Source of the DNA: Leidyana gryllorum EB-2025a
Lineage: Eukaryota > Protista > Apicomplexa
Length of the DNA: 64,000 bases
Direction: 5' to 3'
Assembly: GCA_048772705.1 (NCBI GenBank)
Contig: JBLWGC010000102.1
Span: forward strand, 1 to 64,000
Shown: piece after piece, positions 59,301-64,000 of the stretch
How positions within the stretch are numbered: position 1 is the stretch's first letter
Layout of the letters: every line of letters begins with the position of its first letter
The notes under the pieces: generated by a model
Told to the model about the DNA's origin: nothing
What the model saw: the letters and a program-made list of their open reading frames with translations, nothing else
Database searches by the model: none
Position numbers and translations under genes: made by a program

Positions 59301-60676
59301 ATGTCTTTGATGGTGAGAGATGGCTCCTGAGTTGCGTTCAGGGCGGCGGCTCGTTCGGATCGGATCATTTCATCAGCACCCGACCGGGCAATGGTTGCTA
59401 AAGGCTGTCCCGTTGCGAGTCTTCTCAATCTGATCATACACGCTGCCAGGCGCACTGCGGTACCGATCGGAAGATCAGATGACGGATTGGCACACGTGAA
59501 TCTTGCGAACTGGCAGCCCACTCTCTCAGCTTCCGCCCACATACTCTGCTCCATACAAACTCCCATGAGGAGTTCCAATACGTTCCAATCGACCGATATA
59601 GGCTTATCCGGGAGCAGTCGGAAGAACTCATTGTCTTTCAAGTGGTGGAACAAGCTAAGCCTCTCCTGTCGGGGGAGGCATGCGGCCGCTCCCACTTGGA
59701 GCATCTCGAGCGCTTGGTGGAATCTGTGTAATTGGTAGAGAGCTTTGGCAGTCTCAGTGATAATATGGCCGTCTCCCGGATAGTGATATAAGATTTTGGT
59801 AAAGTATCGGGCCGCTCGGTGAAAGTCTAACCGTCTATGAAAGATCTCAGCGAGTTTATAACAGACATCGGGATCGCACTCTTTGGGATTGCGGTTGAAG
59901 GGACAGACTCGGCGGTAACAGTACATTGCTGTGTCATCGTCCATCAGTTCGTAGGCAAAGTCCCCCACTTTTCGCCAGGCCTCCATGTCCGTCTTGACAT
60001 AGAGAGCAGCCAAGAAGTACGAAACCAATGCCTTTGTCTTCTCTCCCGAACTCTCGTAGATATTGCCCAAAAGTTGAAGTGGGTCGTGAGCCCCGGGGCA
60101 CATTGCTATGCACGCTTCCAGGGCTTTGACAGCTTCGGCTTCCCGGTCTTTTTGGCCCTCGGCAGATACATCCAAGTAGAGTTCCTGAGCTTTTTGGTAC
60201 AAAGCCTTGGCCTCCTCGTTCATCACAGATGGCGTAGCGACGCTCCGCCTCTTCTGTTTGCCGATTTCCTTGAGAGGTTTGCTGAAGAGCGGCATCTTGC
60301 GGCGTCTTCGCCGTTTCTCCCTGCGTCGAGCCGTTCTCTTGTCAGGTTCTATACCGAAGAGTTCTTCCTCCAATTCTGTATCACTGGCGTCAGTCTCCTC
60401 GTCATAACGAGGGAGAGCGAGCGCCGCCTGTGTCTGGGGTTGCGAGGGCAGACGATTGAGGGCGGTGACCTGTCTGAAGGCCCGATCATCGGTATCATCT
60501 TCGTCAGACTCTTGAAGGTCATTGGATGATACGTCCTCTGAACTCGATTCTTCTACCAAATCGCTTTCCACCCAGGACTCGTCAGATTGCTCTACAACGA
60601 ACTCGTTTTCCGATAAAGGCTCATTCTCAGCCCTGAGCCACTCAGCGTTCGGGGCCCGCCTTCTCTTGCGGTCCAT
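56312..60676 (-). CDS. GTF3C3: RNA polymerase III transcription factor TFIIIC TPR subunit (Tfc4/TFIIIC102), intronless
   Basis: Acidic N-terminus and TPRs. The C-terminal 'KYNQSRAYHQLALQHLA..YQEAL' and 'LRFSAAHNAA.I.....ALAR' match the Tfc4 C-terminus. Confidence 0.85.
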   Translation of the reverse strand: MDRKRRRAPNAEWLRAENEPLSENEFVVEQSDESWVESDLVEESSSEDVSSNDLQESDEDDTDDRAFRQVTALNRLPSQPQTQAALALPRYDEETDASDTELEEELFGIEPDKRTARRREKRRRRRKMPLFSKPLKEIGKQKRRSVATPSVMNEEAKALYQKAQELYLDVSAEGQKDREAEAVKALEACIAMCPGAHDPLQLLGNIYESSGEKTKALVSYFLAALYVKTDMEAWRKVGDFAYELMDDDTAMYCYRRVCPFNRNPKECDPDVCYKLAEIFHRRLDFHRAARYFTKILYHYPGDGHIITETAKALYQLHRFHQALEMLQVGAAACLPRQERLSLFHHLKDNEFFRLLPDKPISVDWNVLELLMGVCMEQSMWAEAERVGCQFARFTCANPSSDLPIGTAVRLAACMIRLRRLATGQPLATIARSGADEMIRSERAAALNATQEPSLTIKDIEGLDGIRDEFIDCVWGRLTTGDPSSSSTPKNPPSNKLFVVLADAYLEAGDPARALTCYKTIEKSMSAHQNSDFWLRVAKCHIQLKDFEQAALFLESVIPRGRHTTPNVEERVRDLEARLLLFEVLAHLEEQTEGNAAPNTLSGRRRDILTDFNDSVTAVTLDHRIHQLEVGSNLAPIPPAIPQEVRRTLITRLSVSLRLLARAAEELECLSIAEDWIRKSGLDALPRPTVDAQTVMALLPPMLRALYYAGCDSTAPLDYLSMLRALKEQPPTFRDGGGTHICSRCGDEACGRVLRYFHRLWRCTWISEFVLLVRDTTFDMRRILSASSKMRAQQVSRHLAKEQGLVEDSFKDFDTILSDDAKKVREATLAAAKSDTDFGGEDDDLEAVDRQVEQKFVMKLRPKDMKTEIRRRRIRVEKGYAHTVSYHSKLRSDLELSSLEDEIGWSDYTYLMEHGARMLAQEKMGRLAVELIESSLMSLRFSRAQVSGDYAKGRASFKNRMSRLSLKLSLDGELMRIALSRVRLKFLLPVIRILLKRSASQQLTSADESLFGECLSIYASLLFTETFAHHAVKSISASPERDIISFNRAWCTRHLMEFPHSFGLTMMAAHYCLLSMRWPYAVAEYIRAVHMKPSNSVASLCLTTCSLGFSTSRGVQDRHQVVLRGFALLKRHERLRKENRRLLVSRLQQWSIEKARRIIRSGQLDHGKSFLDQVQAALLKEGFQAPEDGLVTKEWLADSLASCLNAIVSDYIQMIRRYFEAERKYNQSRAYHQLALQHLAITGYQEALDLIDKGKAKSETLLAMMEAQCDLLLTSRFRTPSVVAILLKWALSQYPPAGIEAHLQLPMGYKKLNDVPQGRLGLALLMAKTSFRMYTQIQARVRWSKKVNDRPLVGATQGLWGIDPLIAVSQTSAASEGLFKPTSRAAYMAAESEKEAAAMIGEYLDDLPPGSFMLGLDLEQLRFSAAHNAAAIHLVHDSAALARRLHRNTIVWKDD

Positions 60677-60707
60677 TTTTCTTTTCAGCAGGCAGGCAAA
60701 AAAGAGA

Positions 60708-62054
60708 TCAGCACTTCTGTGAAGTTACATGGTGGTCGTGCAATTGAGGGGCCCTGGCGGTACCTCCCACCTCTTGGAGGTGCTGACAGGCTTCGATAAT
60801 GGTGTCATAGAGCTCTGTGATGACATTGGAATTGAGATGCGGCCGGACAACAACTCTCAGACAGGCCACCGACTCGGCATGGGGTGGCATGGTATAAGCC
60901 GAGATGATCCAGCCTCGGAGGCGAACACGCTCCGATATGTCAAAAACGGTGTAGCGATCACTCTTCAACAGGGCAACAGCCACAACTGGGATTCGGATTT
61001 GATCTCCGAGGCTTCTGAATAAACCCGACGTCACCAGTCGATCTCTGAGCTGTTTTGCATTCTTCAGTGCTGCGGACATTATGTCTCGGTACCCATTGAA
61101 GCCGAGTCGGATAAAGTTGTAATATTGATAGGCTACCTGAAAGGAATTCCGGCTGAAATTGAGGGTAGCGGTCAATTCCTCTCCACCGAGATAGTTCACA
61201 TAGAAGGCCAATTCCTCGGGGAAGCAGTCCCTACTTCGCCACACAATCCATCCCAAACCAGGGGGCACCAGTCCGAATTTGTGTCCAGATGCATTGATAC
61301 TCAGAACACGTGGCAAACGGAAGTCCCATTCAACAGATGGGTGCACGAACGGGTTCACAAATCCACCACTCGCACCATCGATATGCATAGGTACATACAC
61401 ACCAGTGCGTTCTTCGAACATATCCAGCCAGTCATGAATGCCCACAATGTCGTCATCTTCTCCCGTCAATGTTTGTCCTGCTATAGCAACCACACCGATC
61501 GTATTCTCATCTACCAATCCACGCAAGTTGTCGGGACCCAATGCAAAGGAGGTTGAGGACACAGGAGCATATCTTGGTTCCACCTCGAAGAAACAGCAAA
61601 ACTTCTTCCATACAACCTGGACACTGGCACCCATCACCAGATTAGGCCTACTCGTGTCCCGCTTCTCCTTGAGGGCTGTTTGTCTCCACTTCCGCTTCAA
61701 GGCCAGCCCTCCCAACATACACGCCTCTGAACTACCAACTGTTGCGGCACCGAATATCGCAACACCCCTCGGACCGTTCCACAGCCGGTGGATCCACTTG
61801 ATGCATTGCCGCTCCATACGCAAAATCTGTGGGTACATGTCATGGTCAACATAGTTCTTCAGCAAGTGTTCCTTAGCCAGTTTCAAAGCTGGTGAGTCTA
61901 GAAAGGTTGTCACAAATGATGAAAGGTTCTGAGCCGGCCGGGCATCCCCCCAGCTCTCAGCCTGTACGATTGCGTATGCAACATCCCCTGGCACACCCTC
62001 TGCAGGCAGTTGATGCTCATCAAGTCCTTCGTTGTAGGCGATTGCAGAGAACAT
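60708..62054 (-). CDS. gadB: glutamate decarboxylase (PLP-dependent, bacterial/plant GadB type), intronless
   Basis: NLSSFVTT, TVGSSEACMLGGLA, HIDGASGGF, SINASGHKFGL (PLP lysine) and YLGG...TLNFSR. The first in-frame ATG is 62054. Confidence 0.95.
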   Translation of the reverse strand: MFSAIAYNEGLDEHQLPAEGVPGDVAYAIVQAESWGDARPAQNLSSFVTTFLDSPALKLAKEHLLKNYVDHDMYPQILRMERQCIKWIHRLWNGPRGVAIFGAATVGSSEACMLGGLALKRKWRQTALKEKRDTSRPNLVMGASVQVVWKKFCCFFEVEPRYAPVSSTSFALGPDNLRGLVDENTIGVVAIAGQTLTGEDDDIVGIHDWLDMFEERTGVYVPMHIDGASGGFVNPFVHPSVEWDFRLPRVLSINASGHKFGLVPPGLGWIVWRSRDCFPEELAFYVNYLGGEELTATLNFSRNSFQVAYQYYNFIRLGFNGYRDIMSAALKNAKQLRDRLVTSGLFRSLGDQIRIPVVAVALLKSDRYTVFDISERVRLRGWIISAYTMPPHAESVACLRVVVRPHLNSNVITELYDTIIEACQHLQEVGGTARAPQLHDHHVTSQKC

Positions 62055-62150
62055 TGCATGCACCCAAGGGCTCAGCGGAACCAACCGTCAATGGGAAACC
62101 TGGGGCATGCATTGGAAGCCGGTATCCACCAAGAAAATCACATACGGAGA

Positions 62151-64000
62151 TCAAATCGAGTAGGCACCACTCTTTGACATTTCTATGGGATCCGGCGGGG
62201 CATTCGGTGATGACGGAGAGTAACATAAATACGGTAGTTCATCGATAAGCTCATAGACCAGTCGTGTTCGCCCAACTGTCCGACCATCAGATTTGCAAAT
62301 AACCGTCACCACCCGTTGCTTCGACTTTGTCGATGGCAGATTCTTCCCACGGAACGCTGCAAAACCCTACTCACCAAAATGAAATACCACGTACCGTTCA
62401 AGTACTCCTCCCCCATATATCGTCCCGATATAATCCCAGTAACCGGGTCAAAGTGCAGACCTGAACGACGACTAAAGTTCGGTCGACATTGCCACACCAA
62501 TCTTGATCGATCAGACAATCCAGCAACCGTCGGAACCAAAGTGATGTCAACCCCAACTCGCACTTGCAAACTCGGTGTGCTGGTTTCCCGTGTGTCTTTC
62601 AAGAATCGTGACGGGATGTTGTAACTGATCTGTAAACTCAGCAATAATGCAGCTTATCAGTCGAATACTTAACCCCGCACTCACCACACCAACACCCATA
62701 TTCTCGGTGAGCAGCTTCTGCTGCCGAATCCGCTCCTGCTTGTCACTGTGCGCCTTAATGATTTGGTCCATAGCCTCTTGCTCTTGCAACCTCTTGTCCA
62801 GGCCTTCACCCAGAATCAACTCGATACGCTTTCGCATTCCCACTGCCACCTCCTTCTCGTCTTGACGAGCGGAACTCTGCAAGGTGTAAGCGCCCACAAT
62901 AGCCAACAGCGACTGCATGGCGTTACTACTGGCATCTGTACCTCCAGCCTGTGTGACCGACCGGATACATGAAAGACAGCACACGTTTGTGCCTTACCGC
63001 GAACGCTGCGTGTGCGAGACCAATAAACATGAAGAGCGCAAGCAGCATTCCGATCGCTCGAAAGATCGCTCGCATTTTGTCGTCCGTCCCGACTCCTACG
63101 GCTTGAATAATCAAAGGCGGGATAAAGTTCGAAAACAGCACTTCGAAGCCTGTGAGCAACTCGGCCAGATCGAGGGTTTTGTCTTGGTTGATGTCCATGA
63201 GGGCAAACATTTGGCGAATCATGCCCTTTGGCACCTTCAACCTCATCTTACTGATAGACTCTTCCAGAATTGAGAAGGACATGCCTTCCACACTCAAACT
63301 AGTAAGGATCTTTGCCACATCACTGTGCCGAATCAGTCCGAATCGATTACGCCGGCCTGCAGCTGTCTTGGTGGCTTGCTCCAACTGGTCCCGCGAGGGT
63401 TCCATCTGCAGCGCGAACGCGACCAGGGCTCTCAGTCCCTCTGGCCACAGCCCAGTGAAGAGTATTCTGCACGCAGATCAAATCTATCAGTTGCGCGCAG
63501 CTGACTCACTTTGGCAGTTGCTTGAAGACTGTGCTCGCTTTCACATAGATGCCTTGATATGGGTCCAGTCCTAGTCGACCCTGGCCGAGTCTTAGCCATG
63601 CTTCATTGACGTGAAGGCCGGCTGGTATATAGTCTTTGATGTTGAGAGGATCTTTGCGGAAACTGGACCAAATCTTGCGAATGTACTGTTGGAGTTGGTC
63701 GGTGTCTGGGAGAGAGCGCATCGTCGCTCACCTTTGGCTTAATGGTGATTTCCAGCTCTCCGAGTACCCCAGTGAATGTGTTGATGTCGAGCCATCCGGT
63801 ATAGTAGCTGGTCTCAAGGTGGACCTGATCCCAAGGATTCTTCCTGCCATCGGCGAGACGGGGCTGAAGAATCATGCTGGTGAAGGCTTCGACACACACC
63901 ACTATGGGCAACTTGTCAGCGACTCTGCCATCACAAATGTCAGTGCACATCAGCACCCAAAGGAAGTCAGTGTGTTCTCGGGAGATGGAAAGCTGTAGTC
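62151..64000 (-). CDS. 3' part of a membrane protein with Ig-like (He_PIG-like) segments, an EF-hand and a coiled coil
   Basis: EF-hand 'MFALMDINQDKTLDLAEL', hydrophobic helices, 'SGLHFDPVTGIISG' and 'GWLDINTFTG'. Several GT-AG introns; predicted stop at 62151. Confidence 0.6.

Overview
Eukaryotic, extremely gene-dense protist DNA that looks apicomplexan and may be from a gregarine (inferred from the Cryptosporidium-like glycogen phosphorylase N-terminus, an ATEL1/Aat-type aminoacyl-transferase and a triple-CCCH protein). About 32 protein-coding genes can be reconstructed by hand. Most have short (about 25-60 nt) GT-AG introns, which split them across the ORF track. Recognisable genes are a thioesterase, two LURP-one/tubby-like proteins, oligoribonuclease, Aat/ATEL1, frataxin, a Myb protein, ALKBH8, an H2A variant, Fe-SOD, AP-3 delta, glycogen phosphorylase, USP7, DDI1, P5C reductase, a sliding-clamp-like protein, SAM synthetase, an importin-alpha-like protein, TMEM234, CDC14, an FKBP-TPR protein, a CCCH zinc finger, TFIIIC-102 and glutamate decarboxylase. 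I saw no rRNA, tRNA, CRISPR array or intact mobile element. The most unusual items are: (1) a histone H2A variant with an acidic tail, split by a 2,050-nt intron; (2) operon-like packing of same-strand genes 4-79 nt apart and head-to-head genes 31-66 nt apart; (3) an intronless bacterial-type glutamate decarboxylase; (4) a degenerate nuclease-plus-pseudokinase gene of Crinkler/RHS style; (5) a P5C reductase lacking its signature loop; (6) about 4.2 kb without a recognisable gene downstream of the CCCH gene. All family calls come from motif recognition, not database searches, and exon boundaries are manual predictions.
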